Position numbers and translations under genes: made by a program
The notes under the pieces: generated by a model
The model's input: the letters and a program-made list of their open reading frames with translations, nothing else
The model's database searches: none
Told to the model about the DNA's origin: nothing
Source of the DNA: Alphaproteobacteria bacterium
Lineage (GTDB): Bacteria; Pseudomonadota; Alphaproteobacteria; UBA828
DNA: 64,000 nucleotides
Assembly: GCA_965243375.1 (NCBI GenBank)
Contig: CBDEUT010000004.1
Span: forward strand, 234,276 to 298,275
Direction: 5' to 3'
Shown: piece by piece, positions 8,742-16,446 of the stretch
How positions within the stretch are numbered: position 1 is the first letter of the stretch
Layout: the number at the start of each line of letters is the position of its first letter

Positions 8742-9521
8742 TCAAGGAGCGAGAGCCACAATCGAGATATTGCGGCCGTAGTCGGGCTCGCCCCGGTGGA
8801 GGCTGCGGCGGTAGCTGAAGAAGCGGCCGGTCTCGGCGCAGGTGTCGCCGCCGGTCGCGTCGACCGCCGCGAGCCCGAGAGTACGCAGGCGACGGGCGAC
8901 GTAGCCCACGATGTCGAAGAGGAAGTGCCCGTCGCGTCCTGCCTGTACGAACAGGTCTTCGTCCTGCGCGCTGCGAGCCAGGAACGGCGCCGGGAACTCG
9001 GGCCCGACCTCGTAGGAGGCCGCGCCGATCGCTGGGCCGATGACCGCCCGTATCCCGCCCGCCTGGGCGCCGAGGCCCAGCATGGCCTCGACCGCAGCCT
9101 CCAGGATCCCGTTCAACGCGCCGCGCCAGCCGGCATGGGCTGCGCCGATCACGCCGGCCTCGCGATCCGCCAGCAACACCGGCACGCAATCGGCGGTGAG
9201 GATCGCGAGCGCCAAGCCGGGTGTCACCGTCGCCATGGCATCGACGCGTGGTGCGTCTTCCCGCGACCAGGGTTCGGTCACGACGAGGGCTTTGGCGCTG
9301 TGGACCTGATAGGCGGCGCAGAGCGCCGCCGGCGAAAGCCCACAGGCGCTCATCGCGCGTGCGCGGTTCTCGTGCACGGCCTCTGGGTCGTCGCCCGAGC
9401 CGTAACCGCAGTTGAGCGAGCTGTAGAGCCCCTCGCTGACACCGCCGGTGCGGCCGAAGAAGCCGTGACGGATCCGGCCGCCGGGATCCTCCAGCAGGGC
9501 GTGAGAGATGGGCTCGATCAT
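8742..9521 (-). CDS. pgeF: peptidoglycan editing factor PgeF (YfiH/laccase-domain protein)
   Basis: ORF 8742..10208 trimmed to MIEPISHALL (ATG at 9521). ILTADCVPVLL...GAAHAGWRG...DTCAETGRFFSYRR motifs of the YfiH family. ATGA overlap with the upstream gene. Confidence 0.85.
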   Translation of the reverse strand: MIEPISHALLEDPGGRIRHGFFGRTGGVSEGLYSSLNCGYGSGDDPEAVHENRARAMSACGLSPAALCAAYQVHSAKALVVTEPWSREDAPRVDAMATVTPGLALAILTADCVPVLLADREAGVIGAAHAGWRGALNGILEAAVEAMLGLGAQAGGIRAVIGPAIGAASYEVGPEFPAPFLARSAQDEDLFVQAGRDGHFLFDIVGYVARRLRTLGLAAVDATGGDTCAETGRFFSYRRSLHRGEPDYGRNISIVALAP

Positions 9522-10609
9522 GGGCTCGCTGCGCGCGCCGGCTGCTCGAAGCCCGGTGGGGCGCCGAGCGCCGGGTGTGCGAACGCCATCGCCTTGAACA
9601 GCGCGCCCATCCCGTGCGCGCCCGTCAGGCGGCGCAGCGCGGCGTCGATCTCCGTTGCCTGCTGGGTACTTGCGCCCTGCCGGAGCCGGGACGCCCGCGC
9701 GTCGATTCCCAGTGCTCTCAAAAATTGTCGCTGGTGCACGGGCCCGAACACGCTTGCGCCGGCCTGCCGAGCCGCAGTCCCCAACGAGGAGAAATCCACG
9801 TGGGCGGTCAGGTCGGCAGCTCCGGGGTCTTCCAGGACGTCGTGGCGGCGGTGCCGTCTCATCGCCTGAAGCGTGTCGCCGGGACCGGCCTGCTCGTATC
9901 CGTAGTCGATGACGAGGGTCGCGCCGCGATCCGCCGCGACCCGCTCGGCGAGCGCGGCAGCCAGCGCCTCCCGAGCCGGCGCACGTTCGACGATGGCGCC
10001 GGACGGCGCGCACCCAAGGCCGACCTCGACAGGGACCAAACCGGTGGTGGTAAAGCGAAGCGCCTGGGGCGAAGGCGCGAGCGCAACGACGCGCTCTTGC
10101 CAGGTGCCGTCGATCCGCTCGAACTGTCGGACCGGAAGGGCGTCGAAGAACTCGTTCGCAACGACCAGAACGGGGCCGGGAGGCACGGTCTCCAAGCAGT
10201 CGTGCCAAGTCGGCTGGGCGTCGGCGAGCATGGTGGCCTGTTCTGCGCGCAGGCTATCGCTCACTTCGACCAGGTGCAGGTCGATGGCGTCGCGAAAGGC
10301 CGATACGGTCCCTGCGGCGCGCAATGCGTCCGCGAGGAGGGTGCCGCGGCCGGGACCGAGCTCCACGAGGTGCAATCGCTGCGGCTCACCCATCGCCTGC
10401 CACACCGCCGCGCACCAAAGCCCGATCAGCTCGCCGAACATCTGGCTCACCTCGGGCGCGGTAATGAAGTCTCCGCCCGCGCCGATGGGCCGGCCGCGGC
10501 GGTAATAGCCGTGCTCGGGATGATGGAGGCAAAGCTCCATATAGGTCGCGATGCTGATCGGCCCGTCGCGCCGTATACGCTCCCGTATATCCTCCGCAAG
10601 CGCGGTCAT
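9518..10609 (-). CDS. class I SAM-dependent methyltransferase, NDUFAF7/MidA (DUF185) family
   Basis: ORF trimmed to MTALAEDIRERI (ATG at 10609). GDFITAPEVSQMFGELIG and LVELGPGRGTL motifs. Lies between lgt and pgeF, as in many alphaproteobacteria. Confidence 0.8.
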   Translation of the reverse strand: MTALAEDIRERIRRDGPISIATYMELCLHHPEHGYYRRGRPIGAGGDFITAPEVSQMFGELIGLWCAAVWQAMGEPQRLHLVELGPGRGTLLADALRAAGTVSAFRDAIDLHLVEVSDSLRAEQATMLADAQPTWHDCLETVPPGPVLVVANEFFDALPVRQFERIDGTWQERVVALAPSPQALRFTTTGLVPVEVGLGCAPSGAIVERAPAREALAAALAERVAADRGATLVIDYGYEQAGPGDTLQAMRRHRRHDVLEDPGAADLTAHVDFSSLGTAARQAGASVFGPVHQRQFLRALGIDARASRLRQGASTQQATEIDAALRRLTGAHGMGALFKAMAFAHPALGAPPGFEQPARAASP

Positions 10610-11436
10610 CACCCGGCTTGCCCGCCCGCTCGCCCGTCGATCCGCGGCACCGGCGGGATGCGGAGGATGAGGAAGAGCCCGAGCACGATCATCGGGAGCG
10701 AGAGCACCTGTCCCATGCTGATGCCTGGCAGGATGAAGCCGAGGAACGCATCCGGTTCGCGGAACAGCTCGGCGACGATCCGGGCGACGCCGTAACCGGC
10801 GAAGAACATGCCGGCGACTGTGCCCGGCCGCCGGACCACCCGCCGCATATGTATTGCGACCGCGAGGATCGCGAACAGGACGAGGCCCTCCAGGATTGCC
10901 TCGTAAATCTGGCTCGGGTGGCGCGGCTCGGGCCCGCCGCCCGGGAACACCATCGCCCAGGAAACATCGCTCACCCGGCCGTACAGCTCGCCGTTCACGA
11001 AATTCGCCATGCGGCCCAGGAAGAGGCCGATCGGCACCTGTGCACAAACAGCATCGGCGACGGAGAGCAGGCTGATTTTCATGATGCGGGTGTAGAGCAC
11101 CACGACGACGATCACGCCGAGCGCACCGCCGTGGAAGGACATCCCGCCCTGCCAGACCACGAAAATCTCGCCGGGATTCTCGAAGAAGTACCCCGGTTGA
11201 TAGAACAGCACGTAGCCCAGCCTGCCGCCCACCACGACGCCGAGGGTGCCGAACACCAGCAGGTCGTCGGCGTGGCGCTTGGTCATTCCCTCGATGCAAT
11301 TCCCGGCGAGATAGCGGACGTACTGCCAGCCGAGAAGCAGGCCGACGACGTAGGAGAGCGCATACCAGCGGATTGCGACGGGGCCGATTTCAATGGCTAC
11401 CGGGTCGATGGCGGGGAAGGCGAGGGCAAGGGTCAT
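10609..11436 (-). CDS. lgt: prolipoprotein diacylglyceryl transferase
   Basis: ORF trimmed to MTLALAFPAIDPV (ATG at 11436). IRWYALSYVVG..., GGMSFHGGALG, and the GRMANFVNGELYGR signature. Multi-pass hydrophobic profile. Confidence 0.9.
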   Translation of the reverse strand: MTLALAFPAIDPVAIEIGPVAIRWYALSYVVGLLLGWQYVRYLAGNCIEGMTKRHADDLLVFGTLGVVVGGRLGYVLFYQPGYFFENPGEIFVVWQGGMSFHGGALGVIVVVVLYTRIMKISLLSVADAVCAQVPIGLFLGRMANFVNGELYGRVSDVSWAMVFPGGGPEPRHPSQIYEAILEGLVLFAILAVAIHMRRVVRRPGTVAGMFFAGYGVARIVAELFREPDAFLGFILPGISMGQVLSLPMIVLGLFLILRIPPVPRIDGRAGGQAG

Positions 11437-11561
11437 CGATGGGGATCGTCCCTGTTCAAGGTCGTCGTGTAGGGCGGGGCGCGGCCGGTTATAGGGTCGT
11501 GCCCTTGTCGCCCGCAAGCATCGTTCGCGGGCGTTGACAGGGTTCCGACATGACGGTGCGG

Positions 11562-12440
11562 TCAGATCGTCCGCAACAGCCCGCCCGTGACCAGTCGTAG
11601 CTTCTGCGTCGCCGTGAACCTGATGCGCCGGCCCGCGACCGGGAAACCCGCCCGCTCGATGCGGTCGAGATAGGCCTCGTAGACGCTCCGCATGAGGATG
11701 GCGGGCCGCATGGAGCGGCGTTCGGAGCGCGGCAGAGCCTCGCTCGCGGCGCCGAAGTGCCGACGCGCCATCCCGCCCAGGGTGCGGCAGACCTTCTCCA
11801 CCCCCGGCGTGCGCCCGATCGCGTCCGGCTTGATGTCCGCGAGACCCTGCTTTTCCAGCAGCTCCTGCGGCAGGTAGATGCGGCCGCGCTTCGCGTCCTC
11901 CGCCACGTCGCGGAGGATGTTGGTAAGCTGGAAGGCCTGGCCGAGATGGCCCGCGAAAGTGGGAATGCTGCGCGCGCGGTACCCGAAAATCTCGACCGAG
12001 AGCAGGCCGACACAGCCGGCGACGCAGTGGCAGTAGCGTTCGAGCTCGGCGAGCGTGGGTCGCAGCATGGCGCCGCCGCCATCCATCTCGAAGCCTTCGA
12101 GTATTTCCATAAAGTGCTTCTCGGCGAGCCCGAAGCGCTGGACCGGGACGGCGAGCGCCTTCGTGACCGGATGACGCGGTACGCCCCGGTAGAGCGCCCG
12201 GATCTCGCCGCGCCAGGCGTCGATCAACGCGCGCGACTCCGCCGGGTCCTCTATCTCGTCGGCGACGTCGTCGGTCTCCCGGCAGAAGGCGTAGAGCGCC
12301 AGCATCGCCTCACGCTTCTCGCGCGGTAGCAGCATCATGGGCAGGAAGAACGAGCTCCCGGACGCCCGAGTCACCTCGGCGACGTAGCGCTTCGGGTCGG
12401 GTGCCTCCGGGATCGGCAGGCTGACCGCCGCGCTCACCAT
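11562..12440 (-). CDS. hpnD: presqualene diphosphate synthase HpnD
   Basis: ORF trimmed to the ATG at 12440. SGSSFFLPMMLLPREKREAMLALYAFCRETDDVADE and NILRDVAEDAKRGRIYLP (two Asp-rich motifs of squalene/phytoene synthases). Second gene after hpnC, as in hpnCDE loci. Confidence 0.8.
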   Translation of the reverse strand: MVSAAVSLPIPEAPDPKRYVAEVTRASGSSFFLPMMLLPREKREAMLALYAFCRETDDVADEIEDPAESRALIDAWRGEIRALYRGVPRHPVTKALAVPVQRFGLAEKHFMEILEGFEMDGGGAMLRPTLAELERYCHCVAGCVGLLSVEIFGYRARSIPTFAGHLGQAFQLTNILRDVAEDAKRGRIYLPQELLEKQGLADIKPDAIGRTPGVEKVCRTLGGMARRHFGAASEALPRSERRSMRPAILMRSVYEAYLDRIERAGFPVAGRRIRFTATQKLRLVTGGLLRTI

Positions 12441-13318
12441 GTTCCGACGATACCGCTCAGCGCGAGGCCGACGCGACTCACCTTGGGCACCCTGATGCGG
12501 CCGGCGAGGGGGTCGCCATGCCCCAGCCTGCGCTGGAGCGCCCAGGCCAGCCTGACGATCACCGCGCACTCCCAGCGAAAGCGCCGGCGGCGCACCGAGC
12601 GCGGCATCGCCTCGGCTCGCCTCAGCAAGTCGGCAGTGCCCGCGAGACAACGGTCGATGGCGTGGCGGACCGCCGGGGACGCCCGCCGCTCGGCCAGCAT
12701 CTCAACCCCGCCGCCGGCCTCTTGCAGCCAGGGTTCCGGCACATACACGCGGTCGAGCGCGAGGTAATCTTCGCCGCAGTCCTGCAGATGATTGAGTACC
12801 TGGAGTGCGTTGCAGAGCGCGTCCGAGCCCTCGATGTCGGCGTGGGCGCTCTCGCCGTGGATGTCCATCATCACCCGGCCGACCGAGGCTGCCGAGCGCT
12901 GGCAGTAGTCCATCAGATCGTCCCAGTCGGCGTAGCGCAGCTTGGTCGCGTCCTGGATGAAGGCGGAGAGCAGGTCGCGCCCGTTCTGCGCCGGACACCC
13001 GGTCTCGATCAGGCTCCGGTGATAGGGGACGGCCCAGTCGGGAAGCGCCGCCTCGTCCTTGCCGAGGGCGTCGCTCGCCTCTTGCAGCCGGGCCACCTTC
13101 TCGGCCGCCGGGATGGTCGGCGAATCGGCGATGTCATCGGCCTTGCGGGCGAACAGGTAGAACGCATGGACGTGGGGACGGCAATCCGGCGGGATCAGGA
13201 AGGAGCCGACCGGGAAATTCTCGGTATTCGCGCGGATCAGCGCACGGATGTTCTCCTCGCGCGCGGCCGGCGCCCGGCCGCCCGCCGTTTCCACCGCCGC
13301 GGATGCGGAAACCGTCAT
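12434..13318 (-). CDS. hpnC: hydroxysqualene/squalene synthase HpnC
   Basis: ENFPVGSFLIPPDCRPHVHAFYLFARKADDIADS and NHLQDCGEDYLALDRVYVP motifs. 7-nt overlap with hpnD. Confidence 0.8.
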   Translation of the reverse strand: MTVSASAAVETAGGRAPAAREENIRALIRANTENFPVGSFLIPPDCRPHVHAFYLFARKADDIADSPTIPAAEKVARLQEASDALGKDEAALPDWAVPYHRSLIETGCPAQNGRDLLSAFIQDATKLRYADWDDLMDYCQRSAASVGRVMMDIHGESAHADIEGSDALCNALQVLNHLQDCGEDYLALDRVYVPEPWLQEAGGGVEMLAERRASPAVRHAIDRCLAGTADLLRRAEAMPRSVRRRRFRWECAVIVRLAWALQRRLGHGDPLAGRIRVPKVSRVGLALSGIVGTW

Positions 13319-13324
13319 CGGCCG

Positions 13325-14551
13325 CTAGGTATCGTTGGCGAGCAGCCGCTCGGCGTGCTCCCTGGCGGCGCTGTCGATCGCGTACACATCGTCGAGCCCG
13401 GCGACGGCGCGATGGTCGGTCCGCTCCAGGCAACGCTCGACTGTTTGCGCGATCTCCAGGAAGCCGATGCGACGCTCCAGGAAGCCGCCGACGGCGACCT
13501 CGTTGGCGGCGTTGAGCACGATCGGGGCACTGCCGCCCTGGGTCAGCGCCTCTCGCGCGAGCCGAAGCGCCGGGAAGCGCACCTCGTCCGGCGGCTCGAA
13601 GGTGAGCCGGCCGAGCGCCGCGAGGTCGAGCCGGGGCGAGGGCGCCGCCATGCGGGCCGGCCAGGCGAGAGCGTAGGCGATCGGCGTGCGCATGTCGGGC
13701 GTGCCGAGCTGCGCGAGCACGGAGCCATCCTCGTAGGCCACCATGCTGTGGACCACCGACTGCGGATGCACCAGCACCTCGATCTGCTCGGCGTCCACAG
13801 GGAACAAGTGAAAGGCCTCGATCATCTCGAGGCCCTTGTTCATCATCGTCGCGGAATCCACCGAAATCTTGGCGCCCATGTCCCAGTTGGGGTGGGCCAC
13901 CGCCTGTTCGGGCGTGGCCTGCGCCATGGCCTCCACCGAGGCCTCGCGGAACGGCCCGCCCGAGGCGGTAAGCACGATCTTCTCCACGCCGTCCGCGCGC
14001 TCGAAATCGAACACCTGGTAGATGGCGTTGTGTTCCGAATCGACCGGGAGCAGCGTCGCGCCGCCGCGCTCGACCTCCGCCAGCATGAGCGAGCCGGCGC
14101 AGACCAGGCATTCCTTGTTGGCGAGGCCGATGACGGCGCCTTGCGCGGCAGCCGCCAGTGTCGGGCTGAGCCCCGCCGCACCGACGATCCCGGCCATGAC
14201 GAAATCGGCCGGCGCCGCAGCCGCCTCGACCAGGGCGTCGCGCCCCGCCGCGGCGACGGTATCCGAGCCGGCGAGCGCCTCCTTGAGTGCGCCGTAGAGC
14301 GTGGGATCGCCGATGACGGCCTGCCTCGCGCCGACCGCGCGGGCCTGCTCGGCGAGCTGCGCCACGCTGCGCTGGGCGGTCAGTGCCTCGACCTCGAAGG
14401 CCGCCGGGTGGCGGGCAATCAGGTCGATGGTGTTGCAGCCGATCGAGCCCGTGGAGCCCAGGATGGTGACGCGCCGGGGCGCCGCTCCCTCGCCGGCGGC
14501 GGGGCTATACGGCTCGGGCGAGACGTCGACGGCTGCGTCCATCGGCGCCAT
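13325..14551 (-). CDS. dxr: 1-deoxy-D-xylulose 5-phosphate reductoisomerase
   Basis: VTILGSTGSIGCNT NADPH-binding motif, GLANKECLV, SEHNAIYQ. The stop is 6 nt before the hpnC start. Confidence 0.9.
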   Translation of the reverse strand: MAPMDAAVDVSPEPYSPAAGEGAAPRRVTILGSTGSIGCNTIDLIARHPAAFEVEALTAQRSVAQLAEQARAVGARQAVIGDPTLYGALKEALAGSDTVAAAGRDALVEAAAAPADFVMAGIVGAAGLSPTLAAAAQGAVIGLANKECLVCAGSLMLAEVERGGATLLPVDSEHNAIYQVFDFERADGVEKIVLTASGGPFREASVEAMAQATPEQAVAHPNWDMGAKISVDSATMMNKGLEMIEAFHLFPVDAEQIEVLVHPQSVVHSMVAYEDGSVLAQLGTPDMRTPIAYALAWPARMAAPSPRLDLAALGRLTFEPPDEVRFPALRLAREALTQGGSAPIVLNAANEVAVGGFLERRIGFLEIAQTVERCLERTDHRAVAGLDDVYAIDSAAREHAERLLANDT

Positions 14552-14677
14552 TCACGAAGTCCCTTCGTCAGCCGGAGTCTTGGCGTAGTATGACGAATAT
14601 CTTTCCAGCCCTCTCTCGCCATCGCAACAGCAAAGGCCGAGGGGGCGAGTGAGAGACCCGCGCCGCCGGAGGACGAC

Positions 14678-15010
14678 ATGAGCCTGACGAGCAAGACCTG
14701 CGAACCCTGCCGGGGCGGCATTCCGCCGCTCGAAGAGGCCGAAGCCCGGTCGTTTATGGACCAGACGCCGGGATGGGAACTGATCGACGGCGCCACCAAG
14801 ATTCGCCGCACTTTCTCGCTCGGCAACTTCGCCGAGTCCATGGCGCTGGTGAACAAGGTGGGCGACCTGGCCGAGGACGAGGGCCATCACCCCGACATCA
14901 CTTTCGGCTGGGGCTACTGCACGGTCCTGTTCTACACGCACAAGATCAAGGGCCTGCACGAGAACGATTTCATCATGGCGGCCAAGGTCAACGAACTGGC
15001 TGGCGGTTAG
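14678..15010 (+). CDS. phhB: 4a-hydroxytetrahydrobiopterin dehydratase
   Basis: 110 aa with GGAGG upstream. ...GWELIDGATKIRRTF...AEDEGHHPDITFGWGYCTV... matches the PCD/DCoH pattern. Confidence 0.85.
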   Translation: MSLTSKTCEPCRGGIPPLEEAEARSFMDQTPGWELIDGATKIRRTFSLGNFAESMALVNKVGDLAEDEGHHPDITFGWGYCTVLFYTHKIKGLHENDFIMAAKVNELAGG

Positions 15011-15022
15011 GCATTCGACAGT

Positions 15023-15298
15023 TCATCGGCGATCCCGGGCGCCGTGAAAGACACCGATGATGCTGATGTCGGTGTCGTTTATGGTGTACACGACGATGTA
15101 GGGCAAGCCGGGGACGACGAGTTCGCGCGTACCGGAGATTTGGCCTGCCCGCCCGGACTTCGGAAAGGACTCCAGCCGCTCCACGGAGCGGAGTACGCGG
15201 TCCACGACCGCCCCGGCGGCCTTGAGGTCGCTTTCGCTGATGAAGTCTCGGATTTCTGCGAGGTCGCTGACGGCAGAATGCCGCCACCGAATCCTCAT
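15023..15298 (-). CDS. type II toxin, RelE/ParE family
   Basis: 91 aa. MRIRWRHSAVSDLAEIRDFI...ERLESFPKSGRAG...RELVV.GLPYIVVYTI.D..ISIIGVFHGARD is the ParE/RelE layout. ATGA overlap with the upstream small gene. Confidence 0.8.
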   Translation of the reverse strand: MRIRWRHSAVSDLAEIRDFISESDLKAAGAVVDRVLRSVERLESFPKSGRAGQISGTRELVVPGLPYIVVYTINDTDISIIGVFHGARDRR

Positions 15299-15519
15299 GT
15301 AGGGACTTTCTCTCGAAAGAAGGCGCGAACCTCATCGTGAGGGGCGTACTCTGTGGGTTGAGCAAGGCGGCGCTCGACTTCGGCAGCCTGTTGCGGCGTG
15401 AGGTGGAGCAAGTTGGAGTCCTGGTCGACCATGCTCAAGAGTAGCGCAGCCGCCTCATCCTGACGATCGGGCGGCAGCTTGCGCAGCTTCGCGATCGCTT
15501 CTTCGAGTCGCTCAGTCAT
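15295..15519 (-). CDS. cognate antitoxin (addiction-module component)
   Basis: 74-aa ORF immediately upstream of, and overlapping, the toxin gene. The AIAKLRKLPPDRQDEAAALLLSM pattern is seen in ParE-associated antitoxins. Confidence 0.65.
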   Translation of the reverse strand: MTERLEEAIAKLRKLPPDRQDEAAALLLSMVDQDSNLLHLTPQQAAEVERRLAQPTEYAPHDEVRAFFREKVPT

Positions 15520-15607
15520 GTCGAGATGTTAGCATGAGACGGAACCTCCCGTGAGTGCACGGAGGTCCTACAACGAGAGGCGTACGTCCTCGAGCCGGCT
15601 GCGCGAC

Positions 15608-16111
15608 TCACCCGTCCAGCAACGCGTCCAATTCGGATATCCGCAGGATCAGCATCAGGGGCTCGCGTTCAGAGAACGGGCGGAAACCGAAGCGTCCGTA
15701 AAACGTCTTTGCCTGCTCGTCGATGGCCTGCACCACGACGGCGCGGGCTCCAATGACCTCCGCCGCGGCGCGGGCACGGCGCGCGGCGTCGACCAGAAGG
15801 TCGGAGCCCAGCCGCCGGCCTTGGTAGGCACTGTCCACGGCGAGCTGTCCCAACAGGATGACTGGGACCGGTTCGGGCATGTTACGGCCGGCTCGGGACG
15901 AGAGCCGCCGCTTCTCGATAGCGCTTGCGGCCAAGCTGTAGAAGCCGGCAACGCGGTCGCCGTCGCAGGCGACATAGGTGCGCGCGCCACCTTTGGCCTC
16001 GTTGAGGCGCGCCTTGCCCTGCAGCCAGGCGTCGAGGGCAGGCACGCCCGATGAGAATTGCGAGACGTCGTGCCGGCGTCCGAGCGGCTCCGGCGCTGCT
16101 ACCGGTCCCAC
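15608..16111 (-). CDS. GNAT-family acetyltransferase toxin (TacT/AtaT-like)
   Basis: 167 aa, GTG start. The acetyl-CoA motif QLAVDSAYQGRRLGSDLL follows a DUF1778 gene and overlaps it by 13 nt, the canonical TacA-TacT architecture. Confidence 0.75.
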   Translation of the reverse strand: MGPVAAPEPLGRRHDVSQFSSGVPALDAWLQGKARLNEAKGGARTYVACDGDRVAGFYSLAASAIEKRRLSSRAGRNMPEPVPVILLGQLAVDSAYQGRRLGSDLLVDAARRARAAAEVIGARAVVVQAIDEQAKTFYGRFGFRPFSEREPLMLILRISELDALLDG

Positions 16112-16356
16112 TGCGGCCGGCGCTCGTAACGCTCCCTCACGGCGGGATCGGGAGCCACCGGCGCGTCTAGCGCGGCGACGAACGCGTTCCAGGCCTCATC
16201 GTCGAGGGCGATGATCGGACGCTCGTTCAGAGTCTCGATCGCCGCCGCCTCGCTCGACCGCAGCACGAACTCGGTCCGCGTAACGCCCCGGATCGCCGCC
16301 GCGCGGTCGATGAAGGCGAGTCGCTCCTCGGACATCCGGAAGTTGACCTGGGCCAA
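16099..16356 (-). CDS. DUF1778-family antitoxin (TacA/AtaR-like)
   Basis: 85 aa, TTG start with GGGAGG 6 nt upstream. FRMSEERLAFIDRAAAIRGVTRTEFVLRSSEAAA is the ribbon-helix-helix DUF1778 pattern. Confidence 0.75.
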   Translation of the reverse strand: MAQVNFRMSEERLAFIDRAAAIRGVTRTEFVLRSSEAAAIETLNERPIIALDDEAWNAFVAALDAPVAPDPAVRERYERRPQWDR

Positions 16357-16446
16357 TGTGGCCTCCCTCGCGAGGGTTGCGGACGCAGGATCGTGGAAGA
16401 CAAGCGTATAGCGTATGTATAGACGCTCGGCAAGGGGACAACTGTA

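Noticed and set aside
8742-11517. Very long N-terminal extensions of the pgeF, methyltransferase and lgt ORFs in the track (488, 593 and 302 aa)
   Set aside because: The extensions are Arg/Pro-rich and overlap the preceding gene. Conserved family N-termini begin at internal ATGs that give 1-4-nt coupled junctions.
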